Below, in pieces: positions 13,340 to 24,348 of a DNA stretch of 64,000 nt. The notes below the pieces were generated by a model. The model saw only the letters and a program-made list of their open reading frames with translations, did no database searches and was not told the origin of the DNA. The position numbers and the translations under genes are program-made. Each line of letters starts with the position of its first letter. The stretch's first letter is position 1. The stretch spans positions 16,678,001-16,742,000 of the forward strand of contig JBHGNT010000017.1 in the NCBI GenBank assembly GCA_043228905.1, given 5' to 3'. This DNA is from Azolla caroliniana. Lineage: Eukaryota > Plantae > Polypodiophyta.

Positions 13340-13703
13340 TTTGTGTTGTTACCATTTTGAAGTTGTCCATGATCTCAGCCATGCGCTCAATTTCATGTTT
13401 TTTCTTCCTCTTCTTCTTCGAGTCTTCTTTCTGAGCTTTTGAAACCTCCTCCTCCTCTTCCTCTTCCTCCTTCTCCTCCTCCTCCTCCTCCTCCTCTTCC
13501 TCCTTCTCCTCCTCTTCCTCTTCCTCCTCTTCTTCCTCCTCTTCCTCCTCTTCTTCTTCCTCTTCCTTCTCCTCTTCCTCCTCTTCTTCCTCCTGTGAAG
13601 CGATGGAGATGGAGCTGGGGCTCGTGAGTTTACCTGAGGCGAATCCAAACACTGCACATACAGCTCCCAAGGCTGCTAGCTGAAGAACGTAAGAGAAATT
13701 CAT
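9991..13703 (-). CDS. PTH2: Peptidyl-tRNA hydrolase 2, 7 exons
   Basis: Exons 13703-13353, 13190-13132, 11784-11725, 11650-11581, 11228-11159, 10800-10774, 10040-9991, all GT-AG, total 687 nt in frame. Motifs [59 protein letters not shown]; N-terminal TM anchor. Confidence 0.93.
10488..10640. mobile_element. Short fold-back element, Mutator-like MITE remnant
   Basis: GGGAAAACACCAATATACCCC...GGGGTATATTTTATGTTCTTTCCC inverted ends, similar to the element at 19675; no clear TSD. Confidence 0.55.
12017..12095 (+). mobile_element. tRNA-derived SINE copy in a PTH2 intron
   Basis: A box TAGCTCAGTTGG and B box GTTCAACCC, then CTACATTCCACAATGGCATCTAG shared with copies at 58.1-58.5 kb. Confidence 0.75.
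12897..13177. repeat. ~140-bp tandem duplication containing a frameshifted partial copy of PTH2 exon 2
   Basis: 12897-13035 aligns by eye with 13036-13177, including the exon 3' part and its donor site. Confidence 0.85.
13260..13337. repeat. (GA)n microsatellite in PTH2 intron 1
   Basis: Pure GA dinucleotide run of about 78 bp. Confidence 0.97.
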
Positions 13704-13706
13704 GAT

Positions 13707-13856
13707 CTACCTTCCTTTTCCTTTCACTTTCTCTTTCTTTCCACGGAATTGAAGCTACCTTCCTTTTCCTTCTCTTTCTCTTTCTTTCCACGGAATTGAA
13801 GCTACCTTCCTTTTCCTTTCACTTTTCCTTCTCTTTCTTTCCACAAAATTGAAGCT
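13707..13856. repeat. ~48-55-bp tandem repeat x3 immediately 5' of the PTH2 ATG
   Basis: Unit CTACCTTCCTTTTCCTT...TCTTTCCACGGAATTGAAG occurs three times. Confidence 0.85.
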
Positions 13857-14929
13857 TTCTTCTTCCTTCCTTCTTCCTTCTTCCTTCTTCTTCCGTTCTA
13901 ATTAATGTACAGGAGCCATGCTAAACCTGAAGCTCCTCAAAAATCGGTACAAAACCGTCATATCTTCTATATGCAGACAATTTATAGGAGGCGGACCAAA
14001 AAATTCAAAATCTTCTTTGGCGATGGAGGGAGGAGCAGTGAATGTGGCTTCTGAATCTGAGCAGATCATGCAAAGGAATGATGGATGGATCTATCGATCA
14101 CCATTGATTGACATCTGCCAGCGCCATGGGTACGAAGGATTTCGATTCCGAGCAGATCATGGAAACGAATCAAACGATCGATCCATCGATTCAATCGATC
14201 AGATCGCCATGGAAATCTGAGAAACAAAAACAGGCGGCAATTCGAGTTTTGGAAAATTGCGAAAACTACCCCTCATCCATTTGCTATACCAATACCAAAA
14301 GAGTAGCCCTCCCCTCCTCTCCTCTTCACATTACATTTTCAGAATTCCCCAAATACCCCTATCCTTATCTTAAGAGATGAACCAGAGAAAAAAAAAAAGT
14401 TCAAGGCACAGAGCATCTATGCTCTCTGCTTAGTCAATTAAGAGGATATGTATGAGGTAAATAAAGATGTGAAAAAAATATGTATGAGGTAAATAAAGAT
14501 GTAAGGCAAAAAAATTATACAAAAAGGGAAATTTGCTTATCAACCCTAAGCCCTGAATGGCTTCAATTTGAAAAAACTGAGACGAAATCAAACCTTTAGT
14601 TTTCATCGTTATAAGGCAAAAAGACCTAATTGGCTTAGGTATTGTGGAGGGGGGTGGGGGGTAGCGTTTAGGGCTTTAAGGTTTCGGTATCACGGAGGTT
14701 TAGGGTTTTAGGGTTTTGGTATTGGGGAAGTTTAGGGGGTATTGATATTCCTTACATGCCCATTCACTAAAGTTATTTGGGTTGTTACATGAGAGTTTTT
14801 GAGCATGGTGAACCAAGGGGGTGATTTTCAGCATCCTCTAAGCCAAAGCTATTTTACCCTTCCCATTGTATGACACGAGAGTCCGGCTCTCCCTTGGGGT
14901 AAAACGTGGCTCTCCTTTGAAAAACAAAA

Positions 14930-15556
14930 GGTCGGGTGTGTCAGACTCTATATGCCCATTTTAGCCCTTTAACCAAGTCTTGTGTTACTAACAACTAATC
15001 ACTAACCCCCAGTTAGCAATGGGCGCGATTTCAGCTCAAACCGAGCCGAACCGTTAAGCCATGGTCTAATGGTTTATTGGTTCCAAAAAAATTAAATGGT
15101 TTGGTTTGGATTCTCGATAAACGGTCCGGTTTCGGTTCTAAAACTCAGCAGGTTTATAGGTTTTTAGTTAACTTTTTTTTTATACTTTAATAGTTTATTG
15201 ATGTAATGGTTTAATTAATGGTTTTTTATTGATTTAATAAATTTAACTTAAATGCTTATTTAATTTAATGTATTTTTGTTTCTTTAGATGTTTAACTAGT
15301 TTGACTTAAGTGGTTAGGTTTAAATTTTGTATTAAATGGTTCGGTTTGGTTTTAACTTTTTCTTAAATGGTTTCGTTTAAATACTGAGAGTTCATAAACG
15401 GTTTGGTTTCTTTGCCTTGAACCGAACCGTGCCCATTGCTACCCCCAGTACGTGTTGCTTTCCCAATCCTTCAATATGAGAACACCCCTTCCCCAGATGT
15501 TACGAGGTCATTTTGCCAAGTTCCTTCAACATGGTCCTCTCAAGCGCCTTAGTATA
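14930..15556 (-). pseudogene. Degenerate organellar (probably mitochondrial 26S) LSU rRNA fragment (NUMT), interrupted by a MITE
   Basis: GTGTCAGACTCTATA at ~14937 and CACCCCTTCCCCAGATGTTACGAGGTCATTTTGCCAAGTTCCTTCAACATGGTCCTCTCAAGCGCCTTAGTATA at 15483-15556 resemble the reverse complement of conserved 23S/26S rRNA sequence (recalled, not searched). Confidence 0.65.
15014..15441. mobile_element. hAT-type MITE, family A (derivative of the autonomous hAT family at 31687)
   Basis: TIR TAGCAATGGGC...GCCCATTGCTA identical to the large element; perfect 8-bp TSD CCCCCAGT; the first ~70 bp match the reverse complement of 36275-36346. Confidence 0.93.
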
Positions 15557-15885
15557 TATGCCATACTTTGTTCGCCTACAAAGTGCTTGTAGGCAGAGCA
15601 CAATTAGAGTTTACAAAGTGCTTGTAGGAAGTACCCTATATATGAATAAACTTAGAGTGGAATGATGCGATGCTGATAAAATAGTGAGTGTTTGCATCCA
15701 ATCGCACACTCAGAGGAGAGCCACATAGTGCAATGGTGTATTTTCGAGGAACGGGAATTATATAACCGGGGGGATCCTGTTAAAAAAATATATATGGGCA
15801 AAGAGAGACCTTTATTTTTCAATAGGTTTTTTTGGAAAGATGTATGGGATTATCAGGAGGTTTTGGAAAGAAGTGGACACAAGGC

Positions 15886-16274
15886 TAACAATCGGCAACG
15901 ATTCGGTTCGAGAGGGTTAAAACCGAACAGTTAAAATTTTTTGAAACCTGAACCGAACCGAATTGAACCACGAAACCGTTTAACTGAACCATTACAAAAA
16001 TTTCAAACCGTTAAGCCATTAAACCCGGTAAAATCGCGATTTCGGTTTTCAGCTTAAGTCAAACTTTAAAATTTAAAAAAAAATAAAAAATCATTATTTT
16101 AATTTTCAAAATTTTAAAGATTTTCCTAAAATGTGAGAATAAGGCATGAAAATGAAAAGATTGTTTAAAAACAAAATTTAATTTTTTTTAAAAAAAATTT
16201 GTAAAAAAATAAAAAACCATTAAAACTGTTAAGCCGCGGTTTTGCGGCTCAAACCGAACCGTTGCCGATTGTTA
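15886..16274. mobile_element. hAT-type MITE, family B (inverted relative to the 1753 copy)
   Basis: TIR TAACAATCGGCAACG; perfect TSD CACAAGGC (15878-15885 / 16275-16282); core 16125-16180 matches the reverse complement of 1900-1952. Confidence 0.92.
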
Positions 16275-16511
16275 CACAAGGCCAGGGGTATTTTGGGAAT
16301 TTTGGGGGAAAAACCAGGCAGGGGTATTTGGGGAATTTCTGAAAAATAGGCGGGCGTATCTTCGGAAAGGATAGCAGGGGTATTTCGGTAAATAAACAGA
16401 AATACGGTATTATTTTTTTAGCAGTATACAAATACACAAAGATACGGTCCTTTATACATATACATATACACCGTATTCTCGTTTTCTGCGTGTGCAGTCT
16501 CTGTTTCGCCC

Positions 16512-19500
16512 ATGGCTGATCTCGCGGTAAAGGAAACGCCTTTGATCCTTTCTTTGCAGAGATCTCTTTCACCCTTCCTCTCTCTGACTGTGTTTTGCTT
16601 GTTTTTTCGTTCTTTTTCCTGCTCCCAGGATCCCTTGGACCACAGCACGAAGAACTTGGACAGAATCAAGAAGCAACTCTCAGCCTCTGCTCGTTGCCTC
16701 CTCCAAGGTCCCCTCCTTAAGCGCTCTGAGACGGTATGCGTTTCTTCTCAAGCGAAGAAGGCCTTTTGTGAGAGAAATGAGATGGGTTGGTACTTTAAAA
16801 ACGGATTGGAAAGGCCACAGTGGCCCATGATACCAAAGAAAAAAATGATGAAGATTATAGTGAATGGCTGGGTTTCTGTGAATTGCACTGCATGATTAGG
16901 AGTGAGCTGCCTAATATATGGTGTTCATATCTACTAAGAGATTTGGACCGCAAATGTTGAAATGGATGTAGAATGCAAACATCCTCAGCTTCATAGTAGG
17001 CTGATATTGGCTCTATGCTTTGTAAATCAAGGATGTGAGCTTAATTTATTTGAGCAGTATATTTGTATGCAGAACATAGATCAGGAATAAATATCTTCAA
17101 TTACGTTGAGTTCACATTTTTTCTTTGGTGGCGGCTCGCTGCCTAGATGCATAGGATCTCTGCTGTATCTTTAAGGAACTGGAAACAAGCCAGGAATGTC
17201 CTTGAAGATCATCATTACCTTGGGTTTTTGCCTAGGGTAGCATGAATTTGGGACTGTTCTCCTTGAAGAAAGCACTTTATAAGGAGCTCCCAAATCAGTG
17301 AACGTGGAACAGTAAAAATATCTAGAGTCCTGAATTTGGAGGGAAAAGTGTCTAACATCCATGGAAAATGCTTTAACTTCTTAACCTAACACATGTTAAG
17401 AAACCAATCTCGACATACAATATGGGCCTACATAAATTGTGCCTAGATGAAATGTGCTGGATTCAGTTATTGCACAATCTAGAAAGTGCTGTTCCATGCA
17501 TTCTAAGGTATCTTCTGATGTTGGAAGATAATAAGTGTGGGAAAGGAGAGATGAAATACTGAATAAAACTCATTGTATCCAAGGAAAGACAAGGGAGAGC
17601 CTGAATAGCCTTTACTAATAGCCCTGTTGTGCTTGTTGCTCTTAATGTGTTCTAGTCTTGTTCGAAATCTTCCTTCTTCCAGTGAGAAACCATGACAACT
17701 GTTAGAACCAATTTAATCTACCAATACCTGACATGCACTTCATTTCACCATCCTCAGTTTGAAACAAGGTAGGTACATAATATGAGATCAGCGACCAATT
17801 CCTTTCCAGCAGTGGCTTATGGTCTCACCTCTAAAGAGAAATCTAATCTCATTGGATTGCTGTATCTGCTGTAAAACTAGTGTTAAACAACCTTTTCTGT
17901 TTAGAATGTTTGTAAATTGGCGGTGGTTGAAAAAATTCAATGCATTATGATTGATGGCTAGTCATTATGTTTATACATGAAATACGAAATCTGATGGTTT
18001 ACCTGCTCCTTTCTAGCTGCGGAAATGGAATCAACGTTGGTTTACTCTGGATCCAACTACAGGCAAGATGGAGTATAGGTTAGTTTTGATGCTTGTTTCC
18101 AGATACTTTGTATGAGTCCTTAATTAGACTTCATTGTGGTATGCAATTATCTTACCCAAGTATTTTATAAATGAAGTGAAGGCAAATGTGCCACTGAATG
18201 TTCATAAATCCTAGGTAATAAAATGATTGACAAATCATTGCACAATCTAACTCTTTATCTGAGTACATGTCTGAAGAATTCAGAGAAGTGACATCTCACC
18301 CAAGGGACTCATTAATTTTGATGCTGGAAGCTCTATAATTCTTTCTCCGCTCAACCTTCTGTAAGTTTTTAACCACTTGGGATCATAACATACTATTCTG
18401 CAAATGACATTGCTTCTTATCGTTTTATTACTACTTTACATATTTTGATCTTTATGGTCATTTCAGGGGTTCAGTGAAGTATGATGGATGCGGTATCTGT
18501 ATCCTCTTAATCTATGTGTTAAAGACACATTGTGACAATTTTTGTGCATATTTTGTATGTCTTTAATGTTCTGGAACTTTAGATATCCAAAATTCTGCAA
18601 AAACAGAGTACTTTCTCTGTGCAGAGACGCCAGGAGCTGCAAGAGCTTGGGTTTCAACACTTCAGTATGTTAATACAATTTGACGTTTTTTCTAATTTGT
18701 TATCAATATTTCTTTTGTCAATGCCAAGTGTTCAACAATTCGCAGTCTGTTTACGATTGTTTCTTAACAGAGCAGCGCAGCTAGTGTTAAAGGCACATAA
18801 GGAAGCGGTGAGCTCGTTGGGTGGCAATGCACCCTCCACATTAGGGACAATTTCAACGGTTGTTGCTGCAGCAAATGCAGTTGCAAAGGAAGCAGCAAAA
18901 GAGGTTGCTGCATCCTTTCAGTCATCAGCTGTCAAACCCAAACCTTCAGAAGGAAGCGATGGAATCATGGATAATCTTAGTATCATGAAGGTATGATCTA
19001 ATGAACCTTTCCATGGAAATGAGGATAACTCAGAAGCATGCCGTTTCTCTACAAATTCGGGAACATGTTACTAGTGTATTTAATATTCAAGAAACATGCA
19101 TTTAATTGTGGAATTTGCCCACAAAAATTCTGGAAATATATGGACTGTGAAAACATGCATTCTATTGTTGAATTTCCTAGAAATTGAAGGAACATATGGT
19201 TAACCAACTTACGATTCACAAACATGGATTTTTGGATGTGGGATTTTCCACAATTTGTTGCACTCATCTGTTTTCCAACAAACTGTTTTTTGAATGTCGA
19301 TTTTTCTCTTCAGACTATTCAGGAAACAGTTAGATGACACATTTTGCTTCAATGAGAATGCATTGTAATAATGTGGATTTTTTTCTATACAAACTGTTCA
19401 GGAAACTCTTAAAGTAAAGGATGAGGAGTTGAATCAGATGGCAAAGGATATGCGTGCTAAGAATGCCACCATCAAGGATCTTGCTGAACGGCTATCTGAA

Positions 19501-21013
19501 ACTGCAGAGGCTGCTGAAGCTGCTGCATCTGCTGCCCACATCATGGACAAGGAACGAAAATCAGTCAGAAATGAAATTGCAAAATTACGGAAAGACGTAG
19601 ATGAAAAACTCCAGTCTAGTTCGCTTCAAGTAAGTTTTAATATTTCATTTTGTCTGTGGGGCGTTAATTTGAAAGAAGAAAAACACCAATATACACATAG
19701 CTTTTTGCATATTAATCGGTATATTACTCAGTTCAAAGAATTACCAGAATACCCTCAGATTTTTTAATATTTCCAAGTATGCCTCATATCTTAAATCTGA
19801 TTAAATTAGTCAATGTTTTAAGCTAAGTCGGTTCTAATTAGGAATTTTCTTACAAAGTAAGTTTGCCCCTAATTAACGATAAATATGACAATTAGTGACA
19901 ACGAATTAGTCAGCTTATTAATCACTAACTAATACAAATTTGAATCTGGGTGCTAATAAAATTAATTCAATTTCTAATTACAGTTCTGAGTATTTTGGTA
20001 TATTTAGAAGTCTGAGGGGTTATATTGGTATGTTTTGAAAACTGAAGGTTGTCATTGTAAATATATTGGTGTTTTCCAATTTGGAATGACCTTATGAAGA
20101 CCTATATGTCTTTATGTTGGCCATGCCCAGAATGGTAAGACAAGAGTCCAGACATTATGAGTATAGCACAAGGTAATGCACTGCCAGATATGCAGGCATA
20201 ATACTGTAATAAACTGTGTCATATTTCTGTTCTGTAAACAGAAAATGGTACAATAAGATAATCTCCTATCATTCTTAGAAAAAGGAAGACATCAAACATT
20301 ATGTTGTAAAATTATAGGTTTTTATATCAACTTTTTGAACTAGGCTTTCAAAAATAATAATCCTCATTAGGAGAGGCAATTCATTGGTAGATCGATGATA
20401 CAATGATCATTTAAGAAATTGAACAATAAATTTATATCAAGCTGATGAATTTAGATGATAAAATGAGAATGATGTATTTTTGGGAACGATCACTTTGTTT
20501 ACAATGTTGGTATAGCTTAAATCGATGGAATCAAAACTGTTAGCTGCGGAAAGGGCAAGGGATGAGGCCATACAAGAAGCACAGTTATGGAGAGCTGAAC
20601 TTGCAAAGGCAAGAGAACAGGCGGTTGTTAGGGAAGCAGCCCTTGTTCGTGCGGTGGCATTTTCTGAACTAAAACAAAAAGCTGGCTTGGAAAGAGATGT
20701 TGAAGTAGCTGCTGTTTTGGAGGCTACTGAAATGCCCTCCAAATCTGGCCTAAACAATAATAATATCAGAGAGGCCGTGATTTCAGCTGAAAATAAAGAG
20801 CTGCAAGAGGCTGTTTCTCTCAATAATAATGAAGGGATCGTGGTTCCACCACTTTTAGATCGAAGAGGTGGACATCAAATGCCTGATTTTGAACTTGTAG
20901 AAAATGTGGCTCCTATGGAACGAGAGAGGATTGAAACCGACTCGATATCAGTACCAGAAAGCTCTATTGAAGGAATCATTATTAAGGACATCATCGCTCC
21001 CGATCAACCTTAA
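16512..21013 (+). CDS. SWAP70: PH-domain/coiled-coil protein, plant SWAP70-like, 9 exons
   Basis: Exons ~16512-16526, 16629-16733, 18017-18078, 18277-18360, 18467-18498, 18583-18664, 18771-18990, 19402-19629, 20516-21013. Motifs LLQGPLLKRSETLRKWNQRW..LDPTTGKMEY, YFLCAETPGAARAWVSTL, QLVLKAHKEAV, ETAEAAEAAASAAH. Confidence 0.85.
19675..20077. mobile_element. Mutator-like fold-back MITE in the last SWAP70 intron
   Basis: Ends GAAAAACACCAATATA...TATATTGGTGTTTTCC with longer imperfect inverted arms; 9-bp TSD AATTTGAAA/AATTTGGAA (1 mismatch). Confidence 0.7.
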
Positions 21014-22240
21014 GTTTTTTGTTTGTTTGAGCATCAAATCAAGCAACTTTGGGAAGATAAAACAGTCCAGTTTCCTGATTTTTAAATGATTAAAGTAGTT
21101 CTTTGTAGACATGAATATAACCGTTTTAAGATTTTACAGAATCTTTCTTGAATTCATGAGGAAATTTAGTGACTGTAGTTGAAAAATTACCTTCCATCTT
21201 AGGTAGTCTGGTAAGCCTGTTTCGGGTAAAAACATTAGCATGGAAAAAGAAAATCAATTTGATTTTTAAATTGTCAACTTATTTGAAGCATACCTATTAT
21301 CCTTGCATTTACCTGTTTTTGCTTGTTTCTTTATTGTTAATGTGCCCCTTTCTTTTCTAGTACAATGAAACGTCTTGTGTTTGAAAGCAAAAACTCAGCA
21401 CTTTGCAACCTAAGGATAAAATACAAGAAAAAGAGTTGTATCTGTTGTTTGTGGGTCTGAACGTCTGATGGCTAATGTATACTCCGCCTATTTTCAATGA
21501 CCAACAAGACTATTCTATTGTTAGTGTGTCCCTAAGACATCATTTTCAATCTCGAGCCCTACCCATACTTCTAAGCAATATTGCATTTGTTGGTAATCAT
21601 TGGCAATGGCAAAACAAATGAAGAAACACACGTAAATATAGTTTACTATCTTTTGGATTGTTCTTTTGAATTCAAGCATAGATGTGAGTAATTTGTCGCT
21701 TTTGTGAATACACGTCATTTTTGAGTGCTTAAAACTAGCATGATCCAATCACCTCAAAACTTCTCAATATGTATATTATTGAATTCATAAATAACTTCCT
21801 CTTTACTCCCTTTTGTAGGCCCATGTTCAAGCATTAGCACCTTAGTTGATATCTTGTGATGCATATGTACCAAACGATGTTTGTCAAGCAACGTTAAGCT
21901 CTTTCATTGATCCCTCATTGGTAGTGCACCTCTTCAAAATTGAAGCACCAAAATAATCATGATTTTAGCATCATATATATTTCTTGTGACCATTGGTATA
22001 ACCTTGAAAATACGAGGCGTTCTTGGACATTTTTCAATCATTCAGACTTGTAGGGTATGTTATTGTGGTTGTCCAAGTAAGAAAAGAAGGTCATGAAACA
22101 AGACAAGACAAAGACAATAAAAAGATTTAGCTCAGTTGTCAATATCTTGCATTAGGAGCGGAAGGTCAAAGCCTCCAGTAATGGACGAAGAAGAAAAAGG
22201 TGATTTGTGATAAGTAGTAAAGTATATGATAAAAATGGAC

Positions 22241-22710
22241 GTCAATTGAGTCTCGAGGTCAAGTGCTACAAGAGACTTATAAAAGGGAGAGGAGAATTCA
22301 TTGTTGGGGTTTAATTTTGGATCACAGTGGATGTGCTATCGAAATCTCGAATGAGCTTGGAATAGTGAATCAAGAAGGCGTTAGAGACCACTGACAACAA
22401 AAGGGAACGAAGTCATCTTAGTGGTCACTAGATTCGTGCAAGCTCACACCATATGTCCATATGTGTCAATTGAGTCTCATAGTCAAGTGCTACATAAGTA
22501 ACTTACTATTTTGGCAAGAGCCCTCTTAAAACTTGTAAAAGGTAGAGGAGACCTCATTGTTGGGGTTGAATTTTGGATCAAGGTGCATGCCTTATCAAAA
22601 CCTCGAATGAGCTTGGAGTAACAAATCAAGAAGCCATTAGAGACCACCGACTTCAAGAGGCAACGAAGGCATTGCGTTGGTCGATAGGTTCATGCAAAAC
22701 TCACAATGTA
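22241..22710. repeat. Two diverged direct copies (~225-245 bp), probably LTR-derived
   Basis: GTCAATTGAGTCTC...CAAGTGCTACA...CATTGTTGGGGTT...CTCGAATGAGCTTGGA...TTAGAGACCAC at 22241 and 22465. Confidence 0.65.
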
Positions 22711-22960
22711 GACAAGAAGAGTTTGTCGCTAGGTTCATGCTGGATCTTTCGGAGCGTGATTTCAATCAGTGGGTGAGATGTTGGAGTCTTCTCCCCCTCC
22801 AATGTTCTCCTTCTCCCAAGTTATGTTCTCCTCGTCCAACATTCTCCTTGTGTAACCTTCTCCATCTTGAGCCGTCACCATCCACCTCGATCCTTCTTCT
22901 CTAGGTTCCTCCTCAACCCTTCACCTTCCCCTTCCCCTTCCACTTGGAGCCTTCTCCACC

Positions 22961-23305
22961 TCCAACCTTCTCCTTCTCTAACACTTGGATAGGGAATAAA
23001 ATAATAATATGAGTATATAGGCCCCACGTGCCACTTACATGTAATCTTGTAAGACAAGATTCCAACCTTGCACATATAAAGCGAGAAGTATTGTATTTAC
23101 CAATAGGGTAATTACTTGCTCCAAACTTCTCCTCCTCGACCAATCTCCTTATCCAACCTTCTCCTCCTCTTAACAGTTGGGTAGGGAATAAATAATAAGA
23201 TGAATATATAGGCCTAATATGCCACTTAGATGTATTCTTGTAAGACAAGATTTTAACCTTGCACATATAAAGCTAGAAGTAATGTTTTTAGCAATGGGGT
23301 AATTA
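22961..23305. repeat. ~190-bp direct repeat x2
   Basis: CCAACCTTCTCC...GCCACTTA..TGTA.TCTTGTAAGACAAGATT...CTTGCACATATAAAGC.AGAAGTA occurs twice. Confidence 0.8.
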
Positions 23306-23642
23306 TTATGAGGTATGGTTTTCTCATAGATGAAATTTATGTTTGAATATAGAGTCAAAAACCACTAATCCTCTGTACATTAAACCAAATATCAATGGGT
23401 AGCCTAAAATCTCCAACACAACAATTCAAGTTCACAACCCATCATCTTTCGTTCAAGTCTCCATTGGTCCTGCTCACATTTCACATGCACATGCATAACT
23501 TTGCGTCAACATGTCATGCATCCCGCAGATGGAATTTTAATGAATTAACAATACAATATATGACCTCCCATAACTTCTCAAGGAACTTTCTGGAGTGATA
23601 GGGAACTTGTCTTCTAAGTGCAGATTTGGAAATTGACGCCTT

Positions 23643-23801
23643 GCCTTGGTTACAAGAAAGGTGTCGACCAATCAGTCCAACTAGGTCTTGAAACTTTGAC
23701 AAACTCTATTACTAGAAATAGGGCCTTGGTTACGAGAAAGGTGCAGACCAGTCAGTTCAATTAGGTCCTCAAACTCAAACAAACTCTATTTCTAGAAATA
23801 G
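23643..23801. repeat. ~80-bp tandem repeat x2
   Basis: GCCTTGGTTAC.AGAAAGGTG...CAAACTCTATT.CTAGAAATAG occurs twice. Confidence 0.8.
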
Positions 23802-24033
23802 TAGTTTGTGGTTTTTGGGGGGTTTGGTAAATATGTACCAATAAAGAGCTAGGAGGGGTGTACTCTGAAAATACTCATAATATCCAGGAGAGGTATTGGT
23901 GGTTAAATATTCACAAAAAGCTAGGAGGGGTATTTCGGTAAATATTCAGAAAAGATCAAGGAGGGGTATGTTGGTAAATACCAAAAAGTACTGTATTCTT
24001 TGCAATATTGCAATATTTCGTCATTGAGAATCT

Positions 24034-24276
24034 CATAGTACGTAATACAGTCGAATGCATCTGCAAACATTCGTTTCATGCGTTTGAAACGAATGCGTAT
24101 GTTATGAAAACATACGTGTTTATTATTATTATTATATTATTTACCTCAACATTCTTACCTAAAAAACACATATCTTATAATAAATAAAGAAAACAAAAGT
24201 ATGGTATGTATGTATTTACCATAGCCGAATGATTGAAACATGCTCGAATGCGAATGCACGTATGGTTCATACTATG
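24034..24276. mobile_element. hAT-type MITE, family C, 72 bp upstream of the NusB-like ATG
   Basis: CATAGTA...TACTATG termini; 3' end GAATGCGAATGCACGTATGGTTCATACTATG identical to the copy at 54223; TSD imperfect (ATTGAGA on both sides, offset). Confidence 0.8.
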
Positions 24277-24348
24277 ATTGAGATAAACATACATAAAGGC
24301 AGAGGCAGTGTGCGGAAGGCTGAGTCCTCTTGATTCTGCTCAGAAAAA

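Noticed and set aside
13077-13657. ORFs with SLSLSL, RERERE, poly-Arg or poly-Pro
   Set aside because: Read-through of the intronic (GA)n tract, or alternative frames of the poly-Glu codons.
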